Below are positions 1 through 18,116 of a DNA stretch of 64,000 nt, piece by piece. The DNA is from the human T2T-CHM13v2.0 reference genome, Homo sapiens. The notes beneath the pieces are model-generated. The model was not told the DNA's origin. It saw only the letters and a program-made list of their open reading frames with translations, and made no database searches. The stretch's first letter is position 1. Every line of letters begins with the position of its first letter. Location: NCBI RefSeq assembly GCF_009914755.1, contig NC_060939.1, one strand, 5' to 3'. A program made the translations under genes and the position numbers.

Positions 1-4536
<4,536 letters not shown>

Positions 4537-7500
4537 GAGCACCCAGGCTTGCCCAGCAAACCCTGCGTGCCATTCTTCTACCAGACAGCCGAGAACAGGG
4601 AGATAAACATCATCATCTTCTAAGAGCTGGTCAAGAAATTTAAAACAACAACAACAACAAAAAGTTACGGGGTTCATCTCCTACACAATTCATTTACTCC
4701 ATTTGAATGCTAGAGCCACTCACTTTTATTTGTGTTTCTAATTTACCGTTTAAATTTATTTGTAAAAAGTTAAGGGAGAGTTGGTCTTTCCCTGATGTTC
4801 TTTCTGGCATCCTTTAGCATTTTTATTTTTAATTTGATAATTGTAGGTCATTAGTATGCATATCGAGTTTGCCCTTAGGTGGTGGGAATTCAAACACACA
4901 AAGACCCACTAATTTGCACAAAACTATTCTGGCTGGTTTGGAACAGGCTGCCATGCTTTTTTAATGTTATTGCAGCATGTATATTCATTCCAGAATTCAG
5001 ATAAAATGTGCTTATGTTCTGCTATTACGTTTGATCGAATCCTAACCACAGTGAGCTCTTCATTAGCTCAATATGTGGTTTGCCCTCAATTGAGCACTGT
5101 TTATTACTTTGTAATATGCCACTGTGAGTACTGACATTTAGAGTTGTTTAAAGGCCAAGAACTGGAAACAGCCTTTTCCCTATTTTCTGTGTATTGGGGA
5201 TGGGAGTAATAACATTTTGGGGAGCTTTTTAAATCTCACAGAAGAGGAAAGTGGCCTGCTCTGGCAGGTGTGTGCAGGATAGAGTGTGTTTCATTTGTTC
5301 TGGTGCCAAGAATGAGCGCTGCACTATGGTAGTTCCCTTAGGATTTGTATGTGCTCTGGGCTCATGAAGATATTGCATCATGAGCTGCAGCAGTTGTACC
5401 CTTTCTTGATGACCTAAAAAGGGATTATTTCTGAGGAATGAAAGGCTCCCATCATTGACTGTGGATGTGGAAAACCTTTTCTAGCTTAGAGCATTTATAT
5501 CTACAATACATTTTAAAGTCAGAGTTCATGTTACCTGTTTTAATCACATGAGTATATGTCCCAGTACACAAAAGGGCACTGGTTGGCATTCTTCTTAAGG
5601 TATTTAGTGAAGATCATAAGAAATCCTTTAAGAGTTTAAATGTCCCTGGAAGAGGCATACAGGCTCTAGTCAAGAATGAATTCGAGTGAAGGAAAGCTGT
5701 GTGACACCTGGCCTTCCTCTATGTTCATGGAGCTTCTTTGAGGCTAGAAGATTGATTTTATCATCTAGACCTCTCTGGCTAATACCTATTCTTCAACCAC
5801 ACTAGTTACTCTGACATAGGAATTTACTTCTTTTCTTTGAATGGAAAACACTTTAAAAATAATAACAATCATTATTATAAACCAATATATGTGAGAGTAC
5901 TTAGTTGAAACAAAAAGGAGTTTTAGTAGACAGTATTATACTACACATGAAAATCAAGGTGAAGTTTATGCAACTTAAAATATTTACAAGCTGCCGTGCA
6001 ATCTACTGTTTGTGAGTGTCCAAGTATTATGAGAAAAAGTGTCTATACAATGACAGACTTATGTTTCCTCACAAAGTTCTTCACAAAGAGTGAAATATGT
6101 TTTTATACCTCTCGGTTTCAGTTAGAGGCATATTTTGTGCCATATTTATGTTAATGTGCCTATACATGATGAGTGAATTATTTCAGTCATACATTGCCTA
6201 AATCATAACTTTAAGATGCTTGGGAAAGAATCAACAGCTAAAAGTTCATGAAGTTCTAATGTCTGTGTTCCAAAATACGTCACATTATTAGGATGCAGGG
6301 AGAGATGTGTGTGCGCTCCCTGGGGTGGGCATTTCTAGTTACTAGACCATCTCCATTTTTAGCATTTGGCATCTTCATGATACTTTTATACATATGACAT
6401 TAATAGGAGAGCAATAATACGATTTTACAGATGGAATAACAGATGTGCCTGCATTCACTGAAAGAGTGCAAATATTAAGTCCTTGTGACTTCAACTGACT
6501 CTTCCAAATTGTATGAATTTATCAATGTATTAGATAAACCCAGTTTCAGAATTATAAAGAAAAACTGTTAGACCAACTAATGTGGCTAATTAACAGTAGG
6601 ACGATTTCTAGCCCGAGGGTTTAAAATGGACTTCAAGTCCTGTTCTTGCCTTTTATTTTCTGAACTTGCCACTTTTGCATTCTTTGAGTTCAGTTTAAAG
6701 ACAGTTTGAGTCCAATTTAGACCCTCGGGCTAGAAATCATATCACTGTTAATTAGCCACCTTATTTGGTCTAACAGTGGGTTTACCTAATACATTGATAA
6801 ATTATTTCAAAGGTATTTTTATAGTTCAAATCACTTCACTTTTACCCTGATAAATATAAATGACTAGGAATGATCTTCAGATAGCCTTTAGCACCTGCAA
6901 CCAATCTGACAATAATGTGTTCATCAGGTACCTGTGGATTAAATCACACACCGGCATATTTAAGCTGAATGTCAGTCTGGAAAATGAATGTACTATATTA
7001 ACTGAAATACCACTCTTTGTGTAGGTATTCTGTCATATATTTAAGAAAAATTAAATAGCATGTAAATCGTATGACAACAACTTAAGTCTTTCTTCAAAGT
7101 GCATGTGGTCCTTTGCAATACCTCATTCAGCCAAGTATTTGTTCTCTTCCTCATTCAGTATAAGGCAGCTTTCAATTTGCTTAGAAGGCAACATTAGAAG
7201 GGTAGAGTTTAATCAGAAACATAGAATTTTAAAGTGTGGGTTCAACTGAATAAATCTGAATTTCTGTAGGAAGTAAAGAATTAAAAACCGATTTAAAGAT
7301 TGCAATATATAATCATTTTTAAAGTATTTGATTAAATCTGATAGGTTTTCCAGAAATGAAAAAAAGTCAGTTCTAAAACCAAAGCTGATATTTAGAAAAT
7401 GTGAAAATGTAAATCAGCCCTATCCATAATAGTTTCTCTAAAACTTTATCTTAAAGAGTCATTTTAAAAGAATATAACTATTCAAAAATGTAACTGCTAT

Positions 7501-7745
7501 CTTAAGTTTTAAAATAAGTTAAGACATTTTGAAATATGAATACTGTAGTTTAAAAGAAAGAAACTGGGGGAAGGAAAAGTAGAGAAAGAAATGCCAATTC
7601 CAATGCAAAGCTTTATTTGCCAAGTTTTCTTAGAATGACTTTTACCAATTTATGAATTCTTGTAAACAGAATGTATAATGGAAATACTGAAACACTGTTG
7701 CCTAAAGTGGCATTATTCACTGCTACTGTGATGCTACTGTAATGT

Positions 7746-7751
7746 AATAAA
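7746..7751 (+). terminator. Candidate polyadenylation signal of the golgin long 3' UTR
   Basis: AATAAA preceded by TGTA motifs and followed by a T/GT-rich tract. Confidence 0.5.
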
Positions 7752-7924
7752 TTATTAAATTGTTGCAAAGTGCTGTTTTTGCCTTAAAATTTTGTGTGTC
7801 TTGAAAACTGTGGTGTTAAAGGTATTGAGACTGTGCAAATGCTGGGCACGCTTGGCATGAGATAATCGGTTTTTATTTTTATAAAATTGTAATGTAACCA
7901 TGAAGTGTGTTTATTTGAAGAACA

Positions 7925-8420
<496 letters not shown>

Positions 8421-9470
8421 AAAGCAGGCCCCTGTCAGCATAAGCCTGGAGAAGTGGGGCTGGAGTCTCTGTCCCTACCATGCTCCTACCACCCCCTCCC
8501 AGTCACCCCTTTACCATTAGGGTAGCAAGACAAGACCCCTGTCTAATGGGGGGAGAAAAACAGACCCTTTGCCACCTTGACCAGGGCTGAGTCCTTAAAT
8601 TTCTGCATGATGATGATTACTATTTAAGAGCCAGAGGCTGGTAGAGCTGGTTTGTTTGGAGGAGGCCTCATGGCCTCCCTACTCTCACCGAAGCAACTTT
8701 TCCCTCAGGGGGCTCCCATCTTCTTATTCAGAGAGGCAGCTGAGGCGGGACAGTGGGGCTAACTGTAGAGCAGGCGAGGGCACAGGCTGCTGGGGTGGAC
8801 CCCCTTCCGCAGTGTACATATAGTATCTGTGTGACATTTTGTATATTCCAGGGGGTAGGGCCACCCCCTGTATTGTACCTAGAGGAGGTTGGAGCTGGCA
8901 TATGAGGAGGAGGTTCTAATCATTATTTGTGGCTGGGAAACTTATTTATTGATAGCATAGGACAGAGGAAGGAGGCGGGGATGGGGTTGTGGCTCCCTGG
9001 TGATGTGACTCCCGTTTATTTTGCTTTTCATTTTGGAGTAAATGGATTTAGCCATACTGCTCAGCCTGGTGGATTCCCGTGTCCCTCACTGGGTCCTGGA
9101 GTTTGTGCCACTGAACGAGGAGCCCTAGAGTGACTGAGCATGTCCAGCTGGGCTCTTGGGGACCTTCCAGGCCTGTTACCTGTATGCTGCCTGGTGACAC
9201 CTGGTGGATTTCACAGGGACTGCCATGGCGCCTATAGGGCACAGTCCCGCCCTGACAGCCAACAGCCTCAGAAGCCTGATGTAGCAGTGGCCGGGAAGAC
9301 AAATACCAGCACCCAAGGGCACTGACTTCCACCCCAGGCATCTTCCGTTCCATCCCCCTGCCTCCCTCGCCTGTCTGCACCCGGTGGCCTGTTCTGTCTG
9401 TCCCTCCAGTGTACCTGGTGGCCTGTTAGTGCTGGCTGCCCCGCAGGCTCCTCCAGTCTGAGTTCATGGC

Positions 9471-9488
9471 CCTGCCCCCTAGTGGCCA
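9471..9488 (-). promoter_or_regulatory. CTCF consensus motif
   Basis: Reverse complement reads TGGCCACTAGGGGGCAGG, close to the CTCF core consensus. Confidence 0.6.
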
Positions 9489-9950
9489 GAGCCGGCTTCG
9501 CAGGATAAAAGCCAGCTAAGCTCCAGGGGCTTTCCAGGAAAAGTGTCCCTTGGAAAGGGTGTGTGGCCTTTTCACTCCTCCCAACAGCACCCTAGAAATG
9601 GCTTGGCCTTTTCCCTCCCCTGCGCTCCACAGAGAACACAGCCAGTAGAGGACACATTCCCCATCATCCAGAAATGGGTTTGATTCTCAGCCGAGGGACA
9701 GCAGGACTGGTAGAGACTGTCAGGCCACACAGCTGCCTGCACAGCACCCCCATTCTTGGTGGGGGGTGGGAGGGATGGCGGGGGCTGGCTGTCCACAGGC
9801 CGGACATGACAGGGAGGCTCACTGGAGGTGGCACACTTTGGAGGGGCAGTGTCAGGGGAGACCTTCCTCTTGTTGGGCCACAAGACTCCACAAGGACAGC
9901 ACGGTGACAGATTCCCAGTGCTAGAGGCGAGGCGGTCAGCCATGTGTAGG

Positions 9951-9981
9951 TGTATATATATATATACGTATATATAACTAG

Positions 9982-10015
<34 letters not shown>
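9951..10015. repeat. Compound (TA)n/(GA)n microsatellite
   Basis: Directly visible. Confidence 0.9.
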
Positions 10016-10023
<8 letters not shown>

Positions 10024-12084
10024 GATATTTATAGAACAGGGCAGGGGCATACCACAGAGGGGGCACAAGTTTTCAGCAACGGTCACACCTGGATCAGCTC
10101 ACCACTATGACAGACTAAGTCACAGATGAAGGGGGCTGGCTTTGGGGCTGGGGAGCCACTGTCCAGTCACAGGACACCCGCCCAGGCAGGCTTGGAAAGG
10201 GAGGCCTCCGAGAAGAGGAGGATCTGTTTAGAGGTCAGAGTGGGGCTGGGGCTCTCAGGACGGGATGGACTTGCCTGACCTGATCAGCTGGCAGTTGGAG
10301 AGAAAGCAGAGAGAAAATGGGAGAGAGAAATGTGAGCAGAGAGCTGGTGAGGCAAGCACAGAGCACAGGCATGCTGCAGCAGCTGTGGGAGGGCCGGGGA
10401 GGGGAGGACGCAGGTGCAGGTGTGGCAAGGTTCCTGGAAAAGAGGGGCTGGAAGGAAAAGGGGAGGAAGATGGAGGGAGGAGCCGGAGCTTCACAGGTAG
10501 TGCCTGGGGGCTGCGGCGGCCCTCCCCAGCCCACACACACTGGCCTCTCCCACGGCACCCAGGCAGTGCAGCCACAGTTCAGACCAATGCTCAGCCCCCT
10601 CGGGCTTCCCTCTTCTCTGGTCACCCTCCCCTTCCAACCCACTGGCCCAGGGCCACCTCTCGCCTTGGGGAGCCCCACCCAACAGCCACCAGGCCTGATA
10701 GAGAAGGAACACTGCTTGACCCAGGATGGTGAAGCTAAAAGGGATGGCTGGACTGAGTGAGCGCCAGAGGCCCCTCTGGGTCATCAGAAAGCCCAGGACC
10801 CTCTGAAAGGACCCTGGGGGAGGCAGGAAGGGCATATGCCACTGGCCATAGACTTATAAGTCTAAGGGGGGAGCCTCAGCTGGTTGTGGGGGCCTGCAGG
10901 TTGCATAGGTGAGCCTGGGCCCCTCCTGCTGGGAAAAGCAGAAGAGGGAGAGTCTGTGGCAGGGGAGGTGGGTGGGCTGGCTATGTGGAGCTCAGCTGGG
11001 CCAGCAGGGACTGTGGTCCCCTTGGCTGAATAGCACAGGTGACCCCTAGGAGCAACAGGCCAAGGTGCATGAGCCCGCTGGCTGGCGGTAGTGTTTCAGC
11101 AGGGGCCAGGGACCCTGCCTTCAGTCACACGCTAGCAGGTATGATGGTATCTGGGAGGGAGGGAAGGGGGCTGTGTGTTCCTGCCTGGCCTGTGAGGTGT
11201 GTTGTGGGATGACCATGTGTATGGGACTCTCAAGATTTTATCCTAGATCACCACTGGATTGCCAACATATAGAGGAGGTGGGACCCTGACTATCAACCCT
11301 GCTCTGCAGTGGATTTGGCTCTCGGCACTCCCAGACTGGGAACTGGATACCCTGCCCTGGCAGCATGACTCAGACTGCACGACAGTTATGTTGTGCCCAG
11401 GTGACATTCCTAGGCCTCTGGCCGCCTCAGAGTCCAGCCCCACACACAACGCCCTCCACGTTCCCAGCCCCTACACCATAAACCATGAGTTCTCTGCCCT
11501 CTCTGAGGACTCTAGAGAGCACCCACATCTGCCAACTTGGGCATGGAGCCTGTTCCAAGAGCCCACAGTCTTAGCCATGGAGGCTGGGGGGCTTTGGGGC
11601 CGTGGGGGCCAGCCCTGGTACCTGCATCCAGTAGGATGCTCTGCACCTGCAGTCAGGAGTTGTCCATGGGCCCCCGTGGGCGTGCTGATTGTGTTCATGA
11701 CCGCTGTGCCTGCTCTGCCGACTCCTCCATCAGCATGTTCTTGTCCCCATGCAAGTACAGGTTGGCCAGCAGCTCCGAGAAGATAAACTCCTTGTTCTGA
11801 GAGTGGGCAAAGAGGGAAGGAGGTTGGGACCTGATGCCTGTGCCACCCTGGCCACCCTGCCAGGCCCTGCTGGGGCTGTACGCTGGACTTGGAGTCCCGG
11901 GTATGGCTTTTCAGATGCGGCTTCTACACTGCTTAGACTCGAAGACCCACCTCCCCACCGCTTTTTCTCACTCAGATGGGGACACTGAGGTCCAGAGGAA
12001 AAGTCACCTGCCCAAGGTCACAGATCTGGGAGGGGACCCAGGATCTATCATGCCACCAGGACACCTGTCTACTCAGTTTTTAAT

Positions 12085-12378
12085 TTTTGGAGATAGGATC
12101 TCTCTCTATTGCCAGGCTGGAGTATAGTGGGCAAGATCATGGCTCACTGCAGCCTCAACCTCCTTGGCTCAAAGTGATCCTCCAAGGTTAGCCTGTTGAG
12201 TAGCTAGGACTACAGGCAAGTGCCACCACCAGGCCCAGCTATTTTTAAAATTTTTTTGTAGAGACCAGGTCTCACTATGTTGCCCAGGCTGGTCTCAAAC
12301 TCCTGGGCTCAAGCGATCCTTCTGCCTTGGCCTCCCAAAGTGCTGGGATTACAGGCATGGGCCACTGTGCCCAGTCCC
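12085..12378 (-). mobile_element. AluJ in DNM1 pseudogene intron
   Basis: Antisense Alu with J-type features (GGCTCAAGCGATCCT). Confidence 0.85.
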
Positions 12379-13204
12379 ACGTTATAATTCTATGGGACAG
12401 CTCTGGTCTGGACCGTGCCCCTCTCCCTGGACCTGGTCCCATAGGGCTGGTTGTCATCTCTGGCAGGACAACATGGCCACCTGTGTCCCCAGTGCCACAG
12501 GAGCCCCCTGCCCCCATGAGGCGGTGCACGCACGTTGTTGATCATGAGGTGCATGATGGTCTTGGGTGTGAGACCAACCATGAGGTCCCACACGGTCTTG
12601 TTGACAATGGCCACATAGGAGTCCACCAGGCTCTGGGTGGTCTCCATCTGCCACTCCAGCTGTGGGACCATGGAGTGCATGAAGCTGTTGGAACCATTCT
12701 CCTCGGCCTTGCTGGCCTGCTGTGGAGAGCACGAAGGCATCAGGGCGGCCAGGCCATGCAGCCAGGCTCCAGGCATCCCCAGGATCTCAGCCCCCTCCAA
12801 GGGTACCTGGAACATTGAGGCACAGGGAGAAACAACTGGCCAGAACACACACCCAGCTCCCCACACAATCTAGAGGGTTTCAGGTCTCTGCCTCTCAGGA
12901 CCCCAGACTCTCCCGATTCAGCCTCGTCTTAGTTCTGACTCTAGTACCCAGAATTTGCCTCCATTTCCCAATCCAGAAATTGGAAAAGAACATCTCCAGG
13001 TCCCTCACTTGAAGACATGGCCAGAGGTGGTGCCATGCTACAGACACCTGGCAGGAGGTGGGAAGGGCATACTCACATTCCCCTTGTCCTGGGAGGCCCA
13101 CACACCAACATTGCCGCCACCGCTGCCACCTGGGAGCACAGCCAAAGTAGACACACACAGGAAAAGGGGAAGGGTTGAGTGAAGCTGGGACACTGCACCC
13201 CAAC

Positions 13205-14910
13205 TTTAATGTGTTGATGAATTCAATCTGCTAATATTTTGTGGAGGATTTTTGCATCAATATTCATCAGTGATATTGGCCTGTAGTTCTCTGTTTTGGA
13301 TGTATCTTTGGTTTTGGTATCAGGGTAATACTAGCCTTGTAGAATGAGTTTGGAATAGTTGGGTAAGGCCTCTAGTTTTGGAATAGTTTGGGTAAGGTTG
13401 GTATGAGTTCTTCTTTAAATGTTTGGTAGAATTCAGCAGTGAAGCACCAGGTCCCAGGCTTTTCTTTGCAGGGAGACTTTTTATTACCGCTTTGATGTCA
13501 TGGTTTCTTATTGGTCTGTTCAGGTTTTGGATTTCATCACGGTTCAATCTTGGCAGGCTGGATGTGTCTAGAAATGTATCCATTTTTAGTAGGTTTTCCT
13601 ATTTCTTTGCATACATTGCTTATAACAGCCACTAGTGAGCCTGTGAATTTTTGTGGTATCAGTTGTAATTTTCCTTTTTCATCTTAGATTTTATTCACTT
13701 GTGTCTTCTTTTTGTCTTAGTCTTACTTTGGCTAAAAGTTTGTCAACATTGTTTCTCTCTTCCAAAACCCAACTTTTCATTTCATTGATGCTTTTGATTG
13801 TTGTCTTCATTTCAATTCCATTTATTTCTGCTCTGATCTTTATTATTTTTCTTCTACTAATTTTGGGTTTGCTTTGCTCTTGCTTTTCTATTTCTTTAAG
13901 ATGCATTGTTAGGTTGATTATTTGATGCTTTTCTACTTTTAAAAAGTAGGAGTTTATAGCCGTAAATTTCCCTCTTAGTACTGCTTTTGTCGTATCCCAT
14001 AGGTTCTGGCATGTTGTGTTTCCATTATCATTTAAGAAATGTTCCAATTTCCTTCTTAATTTCTTCACTGACCCAGAGCATATTATTTAATCTCCATGAG
14101 TTTGTATAGTTTCCAACATTTCTTGTTACTAACTTCTAGTTTTATTCCATTGTGATCAGAGAAGATGTTTGATATTATTTCATTTTTCTCTAATGTTTTA
14201 AGATGTGTCGTGTGACCTAAGATATGGTGTGTCCTTGAGAATGATCCATGTGCTGAGGAAAAAAATGTGTATTCTGTAGCCCAAGGGAGAAGACACCTGC
14301 CCCCACTCTGCTGCAACACACAGCGCTCTGCTCAGGGATGGGGCAGTGGTGTGCTGTTGTTACACAAGGGGCTCTCTGTCGGGGAGGGAACAGAAGTCTG
14401 TTCTATAGTGTTTGCCATTTTCGGTGGTGCAAATATTCCATGGCTGATTTCAAACTGCCACCGTCTTCTCAGCCTGGGCTTGTTTGTACCCACCCTTGGG
14501 AAGGCTTTCCAGGTATTTGAAAGGATGTGGGTGTTGTGATCTCAACTGTATCTTTATTAGGGGACACTCCAAGCCAAGTTACGCTAAAGTTCTTGCAGAC
14601 TCAGAGGAACTGCCCTGATGGTCTTGGATAAGATCTAGAAGAATCATCTGGGCTACCAGGCATTAGAGACTCTTATTCTGTACCTGTAATTTTTCTCCAA
14701 AAAAACAGTCTGTCTATCTGTCTGTCTGTCTGTCTCTCTCTCTCTTCCTACCTCCCTCCCTCCCTTTCTCTCTCTGCTGGGTCACTTGGAGCTGGGGTGG
14801 ACTGATACAACATCCCTATGGCTACCACCACTGGGACTGCACGGGGTCAGACCTAAAGCTTGAGTAAGCTCAAGGCCCACTGTCAACACTACCCGGCTAT
14901 TGCCTATGCT
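13205..14910 (-). mobile_element. Old L1 fragments (ORF2 endonuclease/linker region plus further L1-like sequence)
   Basis: Broken ORFs 13320-13583, 13691-14068 and 14083-14319 translate to L1 ORF2 motifs ([55 protein letters not shown]). Confidence 0.85.
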
Positions 14911-14984
14911 AAGATTCAGATTATTCACAAAATGCTCCCAAGTGAAGAAAATACTTTAACCACATGAAGTATCATGCTACACAA

Positions 14985-15210
14985 TATGGTGTGGTGGGGA
15001 AGGGTGCAGGCTCTAAAACCAGAAAACACGGGTTCAAGTCCTGGCCCTACCACCTTAGCAAGGTTACATGGTCTCTCTGTGCCTCCATTTCCTCATCTAA
15101 AATGTGGGGATGACAATAATAGTGTCTATTTCACAGAGTTGTTTTGAGGAAAATAATATATGTAAAGCACTGTGAACAGCAGTTAGTGCTATGTAAGTGT
15201 TTGCTCTAGT
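14985..15210 (+). mobile_element. MIR
   Basis: Core CTCTCTGTGCCTCCATTTCCTCATCTAAAATG...ATAATAGT. Confidence 0.7.
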
Positions 15211-15847
15211 TATTTTAACATTTCAGATGATAAATATCTACCCTGTTATTCAGATGACAAGCGTCCCTAAGCTGATAACATGATGAAGAACTTTTGGGTT
15301 TCTTAATTACCATCAGTTTTGTGAGGGAAAAAATACCACATGAAGAAGAGCAACTGAAGCAGGCGTGAGGAGGAAACTTGGCTTAAGATTGGGGGGCTTG
15401 GGGTTATTAGGCTTTCATCTTCTCAAATGTCCTAAGCTCCACTGATAAGAAGACGCTTAGTATCAATCCAGCTAAAAAGGAACAATAGACCCCACAAGAC
15501 ACTGAGTTAGAGACAAAAATAGCAGGGTAATAAATGAAATATGGAAAACTACACAACCAGAAAAATAAACAGCTACCAGTACCCAAAACGTGGTTAAATC
15601 TCACAGGATTATATTGAATGAAAGAAGCCAGCCACAAACGTGCACATACTGAATGATCCCATTTATATGAAGTTCCAGAACAGGCGAAACTAATTCATGG
15701 TGACAGAGGTCAGGATCCTGGTTAACTTTGAGGGGACAGCAACTGAGAAAGGGCAAGAGGGAGCCCTCTGTGTTGATGGGAACATTCTGTATCTTGAGCT
15801 GAGTGGTGGTTACATGAAAGTGCACATATGTAAATACTATGGAGTTG

Positions 15848-16140
15848 GCCAGGTGCAGTGGCTCACACCTGTAATCCCAGCAGTTGGGGAGGCTGAGGCA
15901 GGCAGATTACTTGAGGTCAGGAGTTCAAGAATAGCCTGGCCAACATGGTGAAACCCTATCTCTACTACAATACAAAAATTACCCAGACGTGGTGGTAGGT
16001 GCCTGTAATGCCAGCTACTCAGGAGGCTGAGGCAGGAGAATTGCTTGAATGCAAGAGGCGGAGTTTTCACTGAGCCAAGATCGAGTCACTGCACTCCAGT
16101 CTGGGCAACAGAGAGAGACTCCATCTCAAAAACAAAAAAA
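15848..16140 (+). mobile_element. AluS inserted in old L1 3' end
   Basis: Full Alu; TSD TATGGAGTT on both sides. Confidence 0.85.
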
Positions 16141-16187
16141 TATGGAGTTGTAACTTAAGGTATATGCACTTCACTGTATGTAAGATA

Positions 16188-16580
16188 CTGTCTTAGTCCA
16201 TTTGTGCTGCTATAACAAAATATATGAGACTGGGTAATAGGTAAAGAATAAAAATTTATTTCTCACAGTTCTGGTAGCTGGGAAGTCCAAGATCAAGGTG
16301 CCAGCAGGTTTGTAGTCTAGCGAGGGCTGCTCTCTGCTTCTAAGATGGCACCTTGAACACTATGTCCTAACATAATGGAAAAGACAGAAAAACAAAAGAA
16401 GAAAACCGAGCTAGGTAGCTCCCTCAAGCCCTTTCATAAGGTCACTAATCCCATTCACGAGGGGGCTCCTCCCTTACAGCTTAGTCATCTCCTAAACACT
16501 TCACCTCTTAATGCTATCACATTGGGGTTTAAGTTCCAATATGAATTTTAAAGGAGACACAATCATTCCAACCATAGCAA
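16188..16580. mobile_element. MaLR solo LTR (MST/MLT1A-type)
   Basis: TGTCTTAGTCCATTTGTGCTGCTATAACAAAA...TCTCACAGTTCTGG...GTCCAAGATCAAGG...ACCATAGCA. Confidence 0.75.
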
Positions 16581-17119
16581 ATATACTCTACTAAAAAGAA
16601 AAAAAGGAAAATCTTGTCTCTAAACATAATATTTTAAGAGTTTACATATTTACAGCTCAATTTTCTGCTTGCTTACATACATATTTGTGACCATGAGTGT
16701 CATTATTAGCCGAGAAAAGTTTCAGTAAATTAAATTTTTTTCTCACATTATCTATTAATACCTTATTCAGATAAAACCAAATTTCTAACCTAGATTTTAG
16801 GTTGAGACAGAAACCCATAGTCGTTTGTTGCAATGTGAGAATGACAGAGAGAGAGATTAACTAGCAGGATCCAACTATAAAAATAAATTTAAGGGAACAG
16901 TTCTCTACTAATGACTCCCCCAGCAAATCATTACTTGGATAGCAATGAATCAACTAAAAATGGAAGTGAGAACAGTTCGAGTCCTTTTTGCAATGGATGG
17001 ATGTTTATGAGACTATTAAGTGAAGAGGTTCACAAACAAGGGGATAAATGGCATGGTAATTTGGAGTTGAATGGAGTAATCTTGGAAATATAAAAATCGT
17101 GCTTAATGGGACTTGTCTA

Positions 17120-17686
<567 letters not shown>

Positions 17687-17985
17687 TTAGCAAAGAGGCA
17701 CCAAAGTTAAGGTAAGGCCCACTGTTCCACCTCTGACGTCTTTAATTCTTGAGTCATGGGGATGGCAAGCCAGGAACAGAGTCTTCTGACTGGAAGCTAA
17801 AACCAGCCTTTGAGGTGGGTGCAGAGAGACTGTTCAGACTAAAGATGAGAAAATGTTCAGACTAAACATGGTCGAAAATATCCCGAAGGCAAGGGCATTT
17901 TCAAAGACAGTGGTGCTTCGAGAAAGAGAATGCTGTGTGTTTAAAAACAAAAGAATGGAAACAAGGAAGAAAAATTGACCGGAGC

Positions 17986-18116
17986 GTAGGGTGACCATAT
18001 GCTCTGGTTTGCAAGGTACAGCTAAGGTTATGTCTGCTGTCCTGGTGCAATTATTATAGTGCCCCTTTCACTCTGAAGTGTCTGGATTTGGATGATAAAG
18101 CATATGGTCACCCTAC
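17986..18116. mobile_element. hAT-Blackjack MITE (MER94-like)
   Basis: Terminal inverted repeats GTAGGGTGACCATATGCT / AGCATATGGTCACCCTAC around about 95 bp of internal sequence. Confidence 0.75.

Larger units (their letters stand above)
8920..13200 (-). pseudogene. Unprocessed dynamin-1 (DNM1) pseudogene, 3' fragment (DNM1P family)
   Basis: Minus-strand exons with introns: 12-nt microexon 13088-13077; GED exon 12716-12534 ([16 protein letters not shown]...TIMHLMINN); 11796-11622 ([14 protein letters not shown]..., internal deletion and stops); terminal exon from 10287 (SGQASPSRPESP-like, TAA 10230-10228); AATAAA at 8950-8945. Confidence 0.9.

Noticed and set aside
11029-11066. Plus-strand similarity to the DNM1 alternative RITISDP mini-exon (GTGACCCCT-AGGAGC), suggesting a local inversion
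   Set aside because: Short, memory-based match, no plus-strand polypyrimidine tract and no visible inversion breakpoints; would need alignment to DNM1.
13320-14319. ORFs with L1 ORF2 motifs
   Set aside because: Fragmented by stops and frameshifts; a dead L1, not a gene.
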